A DNA stretch of 64,000 bases from Patescibacteria group bacterium (GTDB lineage Bacteria; Patescibacteriota; Microgenomatia; UBA8517), in assembly GCA_018823885.1 (NCBI GenBank), contig JAHJHG010000001.1, positions 108,645 to 172,644 on the forward strand, given 5' to 3'. The notes beneath the pieces were generated by a model. It had not been told where the DNA came from. It saw only the letters and a list, made by a program, of their open reading frames with translations, and ran no database searches. This document shows, piece by piece, positions 10,191-19,417 of this stretch. A program made the translations under genes and the position numbers. Each line of letters starts with the position of its first letter. The first letter of the stretch is position 1.

Positions 10191-10631
10191 TTAAGAGAGC
10201 TTTGAGCGCACCATCTCGGAGACTTTTTTCCCATCAGCTTTTCCTTTACATTTCCCCATCACAACGCCAATTGCTTTTCCCATATCTTTCATATCTGCAG
10301 CGCCTGTTGAGGTGATTACCTCATCAACAATTTTTTCTATTTCTTTCTCAGATAATTCTTCAGGTAAATATTCTTGTAGAATTATTAATTCTTTTTTCTC
10401 TTTTTCAGCTCTATCGGTCGCTCCAGCCTTCTCATAAGCTTCGATTGCATCTTTTCTCATTTTGGCCTCTCGTTTTACAACCTCCAGCTCTTCCTCTTCC
10501 GATAATTCTTCCCTTTTCTTAATTTGTGCATTGTGGAGAGCGGAAGATAAAAGCTTCAATGTAGACATTTTTAATTTATCTCCCGATTTCAGTGCTTCTA
10601 TAATTTGTATCTTAATTTTCTCCGTTATCAT
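10191..10631 (-). CDS. GatB/YqeY domain protein
   Basis: 146 aa. The ...LKLL.SAL...KR.ELSEEE... and ...DMGKAIGVVMGK... pattern is typical of YqeY. Confidence 0.7.
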   Translation of the reverse strand: MITEKIKIQIIEALKSGDKLKMSTLKLLSSALHNAQIKKREELSEEEELEVVKREAKMRKDAIEAYEKAGATDRAEKEKKELIILQEYLPEELSEKEIEKIVDEVITSTGAADMKDMGKAIGVVMGKCKGKADGKKVSEMVRSKLS

Positions 10632-10633
10632 AT

Positions 10634-11005
10634 TTATTCGCTTTCCTGCTCATCCTTGCCAGCTTCCATTTCAGGAGCTTTGTCTTTCCATCCCCCGATT
10701 AAATGGTAGTGAAGGTGAAAAACTGTCTGACCGGCTCCTTTGCCACTCGCCGTTAGTACTCGAAAAGCATCTTTTATACCTTTTTTGCCCGCAAGTTCGC
10801 TAGCTATTTTCTGAATTTTCCCAAGTAATTCGACATCTTCCTTCTTAACTTCCTTTAGTGACTCTATGTGTCTTTTAGGGATTATCACAATATGAACAGG
10901 TGCAATCGGGTTAATATCATCAAAGGCTACTACTTCGTTATCATTCCACTCAAATTTCGTTGGAATTTCTTCATTTACAATTTTACAAAAAATACAGTCG
11001 TCCAT
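10634..11005 (-). CDS. HIT-family (histidine triad) nucleotide hydrolase
   Basis: CIFCKI N-terminus and an HLHYHL histidine triad. Confidence 0.8.
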   Translation of the reverse strand: MDDCIFCKIVNEEIPTKFEWNDNEVVAFDDINPIAPVHIVIIPKRHIESLKEVKKEDVELLGKIQKIASELAGKKGIKDAFRVLTASGKGAGQTVFHLHYHLIGGWKDKAPEMEAGKDEQESE

Positions 11006-11140
11006 TCCGTTTCAGTATATATACTTGTGAAAACTGCAACAAGAGGAAATTTTAGGCGTTTTTGACAAAAAATATGAGACTCCATCTCCAGGTTTTTACA
11101 CCCAAACGCGAAGTCCCAATGACCAAGATCTGTTACGGTA

Positions 11141-11341
11141 TTATTCACTGTTTTGTTGACGCCTAGGACACGAAGATAGCCCTAAAATCAAACAATAGAA
11201 TAATATCGCAAATGTTCCGAACACATCAGGAGGTAGATATGTTTCTCCAACCCAAACTGAAACTGCAATGAGAAGGACAACCCCTAACCATTTCCCTACC
11301 ATCCTTAAACCTTCACTAGGCGATTCTGGATAATACTGCAT
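11141..11341 (-). CDS. small membrane protein (two predicted TM helices)
   Basis: 66 aa. SD-like AGGAGGG 8 nt upstream of the ATG. Hydrophobic segments. Confidence 0.4.
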   Translation of the reverse strand: MQYYPESPSEGLRMVGKWLGVVLLIAVSVWVGETYLPPDVFGTFAILFYCLILGLSSCPRRQQNSE

Positions 11342-11359
11342 ATTATACTCCCTCCTTCA

Positions 11360-11494
11360 TTCGGGGTCCGAGTCCCATGTCTCTAATTTTGACAACCTAT
11401 CCTTCTTTAGATTGTCCCACGCAGCAACGATCACCAATAGAATATAAGCTAAGATAATCAGTGTCGATAAAACAAAGTCATTCGAAACAGGCAT
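11360..11494 (-). CDS. small membrane protein (45 aa, one TM helix)
   Basis: Manual translation gives MPVSNDFVLSTLIILAYILLVIVAAWDNLKKDRLSKLETWDSDPE. AAGGAGG Shine-Dalgarno 9 nt upstream. Its stop abuts the SD of the next small ORF. Confidence 0.4.
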
Positions 11495-11563
11495 GTTTAC
11501 ACTCCTCCTTTTATTATTAAAGAACGGCTTGGTGACCAGATTATACTTTTTTACTGGGAAATA

Positions 11564-12559
11564 TCAAAGAAGAGACACTATTGTTCTTGCAAGTTTACTC
11601 GAATCGTGCCTATAAAAAGTAGTCGTATCCATAAAATCTCCCGTAATTATTTTGACGTTTTGTTTTTTCTTACTTAAATCATCTATTACTGGTTTTGATC
11701 CGTACCTTTTATACCAATCGGCTATTCTGCTTTTAGTTTTGATTTTATTCCTATGGACTATCACATGGCTAATTTTCTCGGAGGCATCACCTAAATAATC
11801 CCTAATCACAGCCAAAAAATCACTTGCAGAAAAATCATCCGTTTCTCCTCTTTTCGTTAAGAGATTAACTACATAAACTAATTTTGCCTTTGACTTATAT
11901 AGAGCTTCGTTCATTCCTTGAACAAGAAGTGTTGGAACAATGCTTGTATATAGATCGCCGGGACCTAAAACAACTAAATCTGCTTTCTCAATAGCCTTGG
12001 CCGCTTTTTCAAAAATTTTGGCCTTTGGAGTTAAATATACCTTTTTTATCGGATATTTAAGCTTAAAATTTCGCATATCAATCTTGCTTTCGCCATAAAT
12101 ACGTGTACCGTCCGTTAATGTGGCCGCCAAATTCGATTTATCCAATGTTACGGGATAAACCGAACCGGAAAGATTAAATATTCTAGCTGCCTCATCGATA
12201 GCCCTATCCATACTACCTGTTATCTGCACCAAGGCGGCCAGTAAAATATTGCCCACTGAATGCCCCGCCAAACTTTTCCCATTCGTAAAGCGGAAATCAA
12301 ATACATCCTCAAGTGTTTTTCTCGCAAATGGAAGGTCTGAAAGGGCTAAAATTGCACGCCTAACATCGCCGGGGGGCAATATGTCTAGCTCTTTACGAAG
12401 TTTACCTGTTGAACCCCCCGAGTCGCACATGGAAATAACAGCAGATAACTCAAGTGGATACGTTTTAAGACCCGTAAGAACAGCATATGTTCCTGTACCT
12501 CCTCCTATCGCAACAACTTTTTTCTCCCTTCTTTCTTTCATTTTCTGTTTTTTGACCAT
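11564..12559 (-). CDS. YvcK/CofD-like family protein (gluconeogenesis factor / UPF0052)
   Basis: VVAIGGGTG...MCDSGGSTGKLR...PPGDVRRAILALS motifs. Confidence 0.75.
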   Translation of the reverse strand: MVKKQKMKERREKKVVAIGGGTGTYAVLTGLKTYPLELSAVISMCDSGGSTGKLRKELDILPPGDVRRAILALSDLPFARKTLEDVFDFRFTNGKSLAGHSVGNILLAALVQITGSMDRAIDEAARIFNLSGSVYPVTLDKSNLAATLTDGTRIYGESKIDMRNFKLKYPIKKVYLTPKAKIFEKAAKAIEKADLVVLGPGDLYTSIVPTLLVQGMNEALYKSKAKLVYVVNLLTKRGETDDFSASDFLAVIRDYLGDASEKISHVIVHRNKIKTKSRIADWYKRYGSKPVIDDLSKKKQNVKIITGDFMDTTTFYRHDSSKLARTIVSLL

Positions 12560-12927
12560 ACTGCCAACATAGCTTGAACAAGAATCTTTTTGAGATTTGA
12601 ATTTGGATTACCGGTCACTTTTTTCATCACTTCTTTTTGATTTAACCATCTTTTCCCACGATTTTGGGGAAACAAGTACAGTTCAACTATTTTTCCCTGT
12701 TGTCCTGTAAGTAGCTTTTTATAATTAGATTCTTTTTGAATACTTATAAGCCACTTATTCAGCTGTCCTTTGAAATTTAAATCAAGAGGTCTATAAATAA
12801 GCTCAAATTTCTTGGGGGCACGATATCGTGTAATTCTCGGTTGAGGGTATTTCGGTTTTTGCTCAACAACGTCAATTCCTTCGAAGCCCGGCAGTCTTCT
12901 TTGTTTGCCTTTTCTTTGTCGAAGCAC
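12538..12927 (-). CDS. hypothetical basic protein
   Basis: 129-aa ORF. Overlaps the yvcK start by 22 bp. No motif recognised. Confidence 0.3.
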   Translation of the reverse strand: MLRQRKGKQRRLPGFEGIDVVEQKPKYPQPRITRYRAPKKFELIYRPLDLNFKGQLNKWLISIQKESNYKKLLTGQQGKIVELYLFPQNRGKRWLNQKEVMKKVTGNPNSNLKKILVQAMLAVWSKNRK

Positions 12928-14154
12928 TTATTTTAATCTTTTAATTGTTTGGTCTAGTGTTATTATTTCAACCTTATCGCCTGCTCTTTCTTTCCACTCA
13001 ACCTTATCACCCGTATCAGCCGATATTATCATTCTAACTGGAATTCCAATTAAATCCGCATCCGCAAACTTTTCACCCGCCGCAACATCTCTATCGTCCC
13101 AAAGCACATCTACTTTTTCCTTAAGTAATTTTTCATAGATTTCTTTGGCTTTTCCTTTTTGATTAATATCAATTAGGTGAACATCAAAAGGTGCAACTTG
13201 CGGGTACCAAATGATTCCCTTGTCATCATGGCTCACTTCTACTAAGGCGCCCATCACTCTTGTTGAGCCAATACCATAACTGGCAAACCATACAGGCTTC
13301 TTCTTGCCTTTGTCATCGGTGTAGTAAACCTTCATTCTCTCCGCATACCAAGTGCCAAGCGGGAAGATATTGCCAACTTCAATCGCCCTTGATTCAACAA
13401 TCTTCCCCTTTTTGCATTTGGGACACTCTTTCCCCACTTTGTCCCCCAATAGTTCTTTGTTGACCCCCCAGCTACACTTATCACAAAAGTAAATTGTATC
13501 TTCTCCACCTTCCGCTAAGACTTGAAACTCATGAGTGTTTCCATCAGTAAACACCCCACCCGGCGCATCTGTTACTCTAAAATCAAAACCCAATCTTTTA
13601 AAAATTTTGGAGTATGCGATTTTTACTTTTTCATAATAATCCCACATATCTTTCTCAGTCGTATGAGCACTATACAAATCCTTCATCATGAATTCTCTTC
13701 CTCTTAGAATTCCGCTTCTGGGCCTGGCCTCGTTTCTGAATTTCGTAGAAAAGTGATAGACATAAATAGGTAAATCTTTATGGCTGGTTACATTTTTTCT
13801 GAGAAGATCCATGACAATCTCTTCGTGAGTAAAAGAAAGAGCAAATTCTTTGCCCCTTGTATCTTTAAATTGATACATCACTTCTTTCGCTTTTTCCCAC
13901 CTGCCTGTTTGATCCCAAATCTTTCTGGGATGAAGAAGAGGCATTAACATCTCCTGTCCTCCAACGGCATTCATCTCTTCCCTGATAATTTGATTTATTT
14001 TTGTAACAACTCGCCATCCAAGAGGAAGCAATGTCCAACTTCCCGCCATTAATTGATCCATGAAACCACCTCGAACAAGGAGTTGATGATTTGCGCTTTC
14101 GGCTTCTTTTGGCGCTTCTTTTCTGGTTTTTGGAAATAATTTTGATTGCAACAT
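12928..14154 (-). CDS. proS: prolyl-tRNA synthetase (short form lacking the editing insertion)
   Basis: Class II motifs: ...HQLLVRGGF..., ...FRNEARPRSGILRGREFMMKD..., ...SYGIGSTR... Zinc-ribbon-like CDKC...CPKC insert. 408 aa. Confidence 0.8.
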   Translation of the reverse strand: MLQSKLFPKTRKEAPKEAESANHQLLVRGGFMDQLMAGSWTLLPLGWRVVTKINQIIREEMNAVGGQEMLMPLLHPRKIWDQTGRWEKAKEVMYQFKDTRGKEFALSFTHEEIVMDLLRKNVTSHKDLPIYVYHFSTKFRNEARPRSGILRGREFMMKDLYSAHTTEKDMWDYYEKVKIAYSKIFKRLGFDFRVTDAPGGVFTDGNTHEFQVLAEGGEDTIYFCDKCSWGVNKELLGDKVGKECPKCKKGKIVESRAIEVGNIFPLGTWYAERMKVYYTDDKGKKKPVWFASYGIGSTRVMGALVEVSHDDKGIIWYPQVAPFDVHLIDINQKGKAKEIYEKLLKEKVDVLWDDRDVAAGEKFADADLIGIPVRMIISADTGDKVEWKERAGDKVEIITLDQTIKRLK

Positions 14155-14162
14155 TGGGGTTA

Positions 14163-15275
14163 TTATCTCAGAATGGAATTTAGAAATCCAGAAATTCCGC
14201 CGGCAGACACAAGCCTTCGAACATCATGAATAGTAATCGCCACAAGAAGTGAAATCAAAATTATCATACCGATGGCGTTTATAGTTGCTTCAATTTTTGG
14301 CAAAACCTTTCTGCCTATTACCGACTCTATCCCTATAAACAATAACCTCCCCCCATCGAGGGCTGGAAAAGGAAGAATGTTAAGTATTACTAGGTTTATT
14401 GACAGTATCCCAACAAAATTAATAAGTGCAAGTATTCCGTATTCCGCAGCTTTGGAGGTCAAAGCAAATATTCCCACCGGCCCAGCAATATCCTTTGGTA
14501 CCTGTCCATTAAATAGATTGGCAAAGAGAGTTATAAATCCAGTAACCATCGTTGCTGTCCAAAAAAGAGCCTCTTTAACACCATAGTATATTCCGACAAA
14601 AGGTCTTTGCCATACTGGCGGATAGTATATTTCCGTTGAAGAAATTACTACGCCCAAGGGGCCCTCTTCTTCAGGTGGGGCCTCTCTTGGAGTAATGCTA
14701 ACTTTCTCTAGTGTTTTTTCGTCGCCCTTAACCCTTTCGAGCTCAAAGGCCAATCTGCTCCCCTTATTTTTTTCAACTATTTCAATAAATCCAGAAACAG
14801 TTGTAACTTCTTCATCGCCAACCTTTCTAACAACATCACCGACTAGTATTTTTGCGGTTTGTGCAGGAGAGCCAGGAACAACGTCAACCACGCGAACATT
14901 TTCGGTATCCTTTGGTATCCCGGAAAATGAATATACCGTTGCAAAGGCGACAACGGCTAGTAAAAGATTCATGGTAACTCCCGCCAAAAGTATTGTAATC
15001 CGCGCTTTTTTGCTTTTATTCACAAAAGACCTTCGTGGTTTAGTCACTCCTTCTTCACTCATCTCCCCATGAAGCCTAACGAACCCACCAAAAGGCAATA
15101 AGTTAATCGAATAGATTGTCTCACCAATTTTCTTACTGTAAATTCTCGGAGGGTAACCAATCCCAAATTCTTCAACTAAAACTCCTGCACGCTTTGCCGC
15201 CCAGTAATGTCCAAGCTCATGTACCAGTATTAAAACTGATAAAACTACTAAAAATGTCAATATTGAAATTGCCAT
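14163..15275 (-). CDS. rseP: RIP metalloprotease RseP (site-2 protease, M50) with PDZ domain
   Basis: HELGHY zinc motif at the N-terminus, multiple TM segments, internal PDZ (VVDVVPGSPAQ...). Confidence 0.85.
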   Translation of the reverse strand: MAISILTFLVVLSVLILVHELGHYWAAKRAGVLVEEFGIGYPPRIYSKKIGETIYSINLLPFGGFVRLHGEMSEEGVTKPRRSFVNKSKKARITILLAGVTMNLLLAVVAFATVYSFSGIPKDTENVRVVDVVPGSPAQTAKILVGDVVRKVGDEEVTTVSGFIEIVEKNKGSRLAFELERVKGDEKTLEKVSITPREAPPEEEGPLGVVISSTEIYYPPVWQRPFVGIYYGVKEALFWTATMVTGFITLFANLFNGQVPKDIAGPVGIFALTSKAAEYGILALINFVGILSINLVILNILPFPALDGGRLLFIGIESVIGRKVLPKIEATINAIGMIILISLLVAITIHDVRRLVSAGGISGFLNSILR

Positions 15276-15294
15276 AATATAATATTAGCAGAAG

Positions 15295-15849
15295 TCAGAC
15301 TTGAAGAAGCTCAACTTCTTTCTTTTTGCCGCTTTCGTCAATTTTCCCAACAAATTCATCTGTTATTCCTTGCAAGTTTTTTTCCTGGTTAAATTTCTCA
15401 TCTTCGCTTAATTCCTTGTTTTCGAAATTCTTTTTTATGTCCCTCATTGCGTCTGAGCGAACCTGCCTAACCATAACTCGCCCGCTTTCGAGTTTCGTTG
15501 ACAAAAGTTTTACATATTTTTCTCTGTCTTCCGTTGTCAAAGGGGGCAGGCTTATTCTTATAATCTCACCGTCCACCGATGGATTGAAACCTATATTAGC
15601 TGTCAATATCCCCTGCTTTATATCGCCAATTATTGATTTGTCCCAAGGGTCAATGATTAACGTTTGTGAGTCAGGGGACGAAATGGTTGCCAATTCGTTT
15701 ACCTTTAATCTCTGTTGACCACCATAAACGGCAACCTCTAGCTCCTCAATTAACCCTGGTGTTGCTCTACCTGTTCTTATGGTACCAATGTCAGTCACAA
15801 CCATATCGAGAACTTCTTGCATCTTGGAGCGAACTGTGCCTTCATCCAT
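15295..15849 (-). CDS. frr: ribosome recycling factor
   Basis: 184 aa. RTGRATPGLIE...LATISSPD... pattern is typical of RRF. Confidence 0.9.
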   Translation of the reverse strand: MDEGTVRSKMQEVLDMVVTDIGTIRTGRATPGLIEELEVAVYGGQQRLKVNELATISSPDSQTLIIDPWDKSIIGDIKQGILTANIGFNPSVDGEIIRISLPPLTTEDREKYVKLLSTKLESGRVMVRQVRSDAMRDIKKNFENKELSEDEKFNQEKNLQGITDEFVGKIDESGKKKEVELLQV

Positions 15850-16310
15850 TACTTGCCTAATTCTATCCTAATCACGCGGCCAATGCGAATGTTTTCACCT
15901 GTCTTAGCAATTACTTCTTTAACAAGTTCTGAAACTTTTTTGCTGGGGTCTTTTATATAATCTTGCTTTTCAAGCTCCTTCGCATCTTCTGCCTTCATCG
16001 ATGCCGCTTGCATGGCTAGATTGTGGGCAAGTTTTTCAAAAAGATCATTTCTTGCAACAAAATCTGTTTCACAAAAAAGCTCAACTGCTCCCATCACTTT
16101 TTGATTATGGTGATTATAGGTGGCAATGATGCCCTGTTCTGTAGCCCGACCGCTTCTTTTTGCCGCTTTTTCAAATCCTTCTTCTTTCAATATCTCTTCA
16201 GCCTTTTTTTCATCTCCCCCAACCTCTTCTAGTACCTTTTTCGCCCTGACAACAGGTGCCCCTGTTTTTCCTCTAAGTTTTCTAATCTGATCAATTTTTA
16301 TTTTTACCAT
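15849..16310 (-). CDS. tsf: elongation factor Ts (compact form)
   Basis: N-terminal UBA-like IRKLRGKTGAPVVRAKKVLEE and core ...ELFCETDFVARN... 153 aa. Stop shares a nucleotide with the frr start. Confidence 0.85.
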   Translation of the reverse strand: MVKIKIDQIRKLRGKTGAPVVRAKKVLEEVGGDEKKAEEILKEEGFEKAAKRSGRATEQGIIATYNHHNQKVMGAVELFCETDFVARNDLFEKLAHNLAMQAASMKAEDAKELEKQDYIKDPSKKVSELVKEVIAKTGENIRIGRVIRIELGK

Positions 16311-16315
16311 AATAT

Positions 16316-17017
16316 TTATTTCTTTTTACTCGTTTTTTTCTTCCCTTCCATAATTGCTTGCTGCATTAATTCTAATACGTACTCTAAAGCTTTTGAAGCA
16401 TCATCGTTCATTGGAATTGGGTAATCAATTAAAGTAGGATCTGTGTTTGAATCTACAATCCCAATTGTTTCTATCCCCATTTTCCTAGCTTCCTTCACGG
16501 CTCCTATTTCTCTTCTAATATCAACAATTATCATTAAACTTGGAGGACGTTCCAAACCGCTTAAGCCTCCAAAAAAACGTTCAAGTCTTGTAATTTCTTT
16601 TTCAAGAAGAAGTCTTTCCTTTTTCGTAAAATGACTATATTCCTTCGCGGCCATTTTTTCCTTCATCTCCTTTAATTTCCTTAAAGACTTGTCTATTTGC
16701 TCAAAATTCGTCAATGTTCCTCCAAGCCAACGCTCAGTCACGTAATAAATTCCTGTTGTTGCGGCCACTTCCTTTGCTTTTGCCTTTGCTTGCTTTTTTG
16801 TGCAAACAAGCAAAATCGCTTTACCTTCTTTGGTTGTCTGAGTAAGCAAGGAAAGTGCTTCATCAAGTTTTTCCTTTGTGATTGTTAGGTCAAAAACATG
16901 AACCCCTTCTTGAGAGCCATAGAGATACTCCTGCATTTTAGGATTCCAACGCTTAGTCTGATGTCCAAAATGAGCACCAGATTCAAGTAATTCTTTTAGT
17001 GATATTTTTACTGCCAT
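16316..17017 (-). CDS. rpsB: 30S ribosomal protein S2
   Basis: MAVKISLKELLESGAHFGHQTKRWNPKM... canonical S2 N-terminus. Confidence 0.9.
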   Translation of the reverse strand: MAVKISLKELLESGAHFGHQTKRWNPKMQEYLYGSQEGVHVFDLTITKEKLDEALSLLTQTTKEGKAILLVCTKKQAKAKAKEVAATTGIYYVTERWLGGTLTNFEQIDKSLRKLKEMKEKMAAKEYSHFTKKERLLLEKEITRLERFFGGLSGLERPPSLMIIVDIRREIGAVKEARKMGIETIGIVDSNTDPTLIDYPIPMNDDASKALEYVLELMQQAIMEGKKKTSKKK

Positions 17018-17134
17018 TTAGATTGATTCCTTATTCCACCAACTGGTGGACCGCTACCTAAGGGAGAAGTATACGGAGCTTCTCAGGAACCTTGCCTTAA
17101 GTATGTGTATTTTGCTCTAAGAGCAAGCTGTATT

Positions 17135-17965
17135 TTAGCAAGACTTATCTTTTTTTTCAACGGCCACAGCCGCATTCACTATATTCTCCATTAAATGGAA
17201 TATTGTCATGGGGCCAATTCCACCAGGCACAGGAGTTATGTATGCTGCTTTTTTGACAACACCGTCAAAATCCATATCCCCTTTTGACGCTCCAATATCG
17301 ATTGCCACCACGCCCTCTTTTACCATCGCGGCTTTTATCAAATTAGGCTTTCCTGTCGCACTAATTAATATCTTTGCATCTTTTGTTATTTCCATATTTC
17401 CAACACCTAAGTCTACGCCCTCCACCTCATAGTCTGTTGTTTCTAGAGCTTTGATAATCCTTCTACCGACAAAACCTTTTGCTCCAACGACAACAATTTT
17501 TTCTCGCTGGGTTAGCGAAAGACATTTCCCTGCATCCGCTATCACCGACATCACTGCTTTAACCACTGGCGCCAAATAGAGACTATCTTCGCGCATTCCA
17601 TCAACGTCTTTTTCGGAAACAATCGTCTCAAGAATTTCTTTTTGCTTACTAGCAAGTTGCTCAGGAATTGGTAGTTGAACCATTATTCCGTGTATCTCGG
17701 TATTAATGTTCATTTTTTTGATAAATTCGATAACTTCTTTTTCAGAAATATTTTCTGAAAACCTCTTTATTTCAATGGTGACACCTGTTCTTTCCCCAGC
17801 TTTTTGTTTTAAAGAAAGATACCGCTCACTATCGCTATCTTGACCTATTAAAATCGAAACAAGCTTGGGACTAGTTTTTTTGCTTCTTAAGCATTCTGTT
17901 TTTTCTCTTAATGCTCCTTCTCTCTGCAAAGCATGTTTTTTCCCGTCAAATATAATTGTATTCAT
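17135..17965 (-). CDS. folD: bifunctional methylene-THF dehydrogenase / methenyl-THF cyclohydrolase
   Basis: IIDGKK...LAVILVG...YL..K.KA-type N-terminus, GIMVQLPIP, Rossmann VVVGAKGFVGRRI. Confidence 0.85.
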   Translation of the reverse strand: MNTIIFDGKKHALQREGALREKTECLRSKKTSPKLVSILIGQDSDSERYLSLKQKAGERTGVTIEIKRFSENISEKEVIEFIKKMNINTEIHGIMVQLPIPEQLASKQKEILETIVSEKDVDGMREDSLYLAPVVKAVMSVIADAGKCLSLTQREKIVVVGAKGFVGRRIIKALETTDYEVEGVDLGVGNMEITKDAKILISATGKPNLIKAAMVKEGVVAIDIGASKGDMDFDGVVKKAAYITPVPGGIGPMTIFHLMENIVNAAVAVEKKDKSC

Positions 17966-17966
17966 G

Positions 17967-18659
17967 CTATCTCTGTTTTAACATTTTTGAAGAAACTATT
18001 TTCCATATATCTTTGTGAATAGATTTTGTAAAATCTTTTCGATAATCTTTAACCCCTGACACTTCAACCCACCATCTATTCATCTTAACTGTTCGCTTAT
18101 ACTCTCGATACGCCGATTCCTGATGATGCCAATCTTTCTCGGCAATATCCTTCTTTCGTTTTTTTAAATATGCTCTTTTCTTTTTGTAATTAATTAATTC
18201 TTTTGCTACATGGGGTGGTGTAGCAACAAAAATAACAAGATCTGGTTTTAATATTCCTAAATCTTTATACCCTGCTGTCCACAACCAATCGCGATATTTT
18301 TTCTGAGAAGATGTTTTTAGCTTCGCAATTTGATGAACATTAGAGGTAAAATATCGATTCGAAATTATCAATCCCCCCTTTTCAATCCAAGGTATGCCTA
18401 TATCCCTTGTCCAAGTATACTCATCCAACATATATGGAAGGGCGGCAAGGTACGGACTTACACCCTTGAGAGACCCAAATTCTCCTGCAAGAAAGTGCCC
18501 AACTAACTCTCCCCATCTTGAGTCATAATATCTTGGAAAATCCGCCAACAGGAAACGATATCCTTCCTTTTTAAATCTTTTTTGCAATAATCGAAACTGG
18601 GTGTCTTTTCCACTACCGTCAATTCCCTCTAAAACAATAAATTTTCCTCTTTTTTTCAT
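17967..18659 (-). CDS. thymidylate kinase-like P-loop kinase
   Basis: FIVLEGIDGSGKDTQ P-loop and ISNRYFTS (DRY-like) segment. Divergent elsewhere, so the assignment is tentative. Confidence 0.55.
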   Translation of the reverse strand: MKKRGKFIVLEGIDGSGKDTQFRLLQKRFKKEGYRFLLADFPRYYDSRWGELVGHFLAGEFGSLKGVSPYLAALPYMLDEYTWTRDIGIPWIEKGGLIISNRYFTSNVHQIAKLKTSSQKKYRDWLWTAGYKDLGILKPDLVIFVATPPHVAKELINYKKKRAYLKKRKKDIAEKDWHHQESAYREYKRTVKMNRWWVEVSGVKDYRKDFTKSIHKDIWKIVSSKMLKQR

Positions 18660-18661
18660 TG

Positions 18662-19417
18662 TTAAATAAGCGCCTCAGGTAAGATAATATTTTCATTACC
18701 TCCCAACCGCTTCTTCATCTCTCCAGTTAGCTCTTCTAGCAATTTCTTTTTAGCATCTTCCTCATTTTCATAATTTGAAAAATCATATTTATCTCCATCA
18801 ATAATGATTATGTTTAAATTTAATGGATTTTCTGTTATCCATGTTTCAAATAAGTGTCTCAATCTCATCCAATATTCTGGTTTTTCTTCCAATTCAACTG
18901 CTCTTTCTGGATTAGTTTTTGCTCTATTAATTAGTCTTTTTATAAACGTTGGATATGTTAATCGAATATATACAAGCAAATCTGGATTGTGGTCTTCTTC
19001 ATCAACCATACCTTCAAAAAACAAATTATATTCGTCCATTTTTTTGGGAGAGTTTTCAAGTCTTGCTTGAGCATATATGCGGTCCTGATATATCGATTCT
19101 GATATTACTGATCCTCTTTCCAACATATCTTTCACTCCTTCTTTTTCACCAAAACCAAGTACCTTACATCTTCTATCAAACAAAAAAGTCAATTGTGTTA
19201 CAAAAGCTATTACTGAGGGATCTTTTGAGGAAGGTTTATAATAGTCCTCAAATGTTGAAACATCCTCAACCGAAATTTCGCCAACAAAATCCATACCCAA
19301 TCTGTCACTAATATATTTTCCTAAAGTTGTTTTGCCACTGGCAGGAAGTCCCATTAATTGAATCCAGAAGTGTCTTTTGGATTCTATTTCCTTCTCTCTA
19401 TTTATCTCGTTACTCAT
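18662..19417 (-). CDS. deoxynucleoside kinase family protein (dCK/dGK-like)
   Basis: P-loop GLPASGKTT, ERS/DR-type segments (ESIYQDRIYA), LID-like RLINRAK. Confidence 0.65.
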   Translation of the reverse strand: MSNEINREKEIESKRHFWIQLMGLPASGKTTLGKYISDRLGMDFVGEISVEDVSTFEDYYKPSSKDPSVIAFVTQLTFLFDRRCKVLGFGEKEGVKDMLERGSVISESIYQDRIYAQARLENSPKKMDEYNLFFEGMVDEEDHNPDLLVYIRLTYPTFIKRLINRAKTNPERAVELEEKPEYWMRLRHLFETWITENPLNLNIIIIDGDKYDFSNYENEEDAKKKLLEELTGEMKKRLGGNENIILPEALI

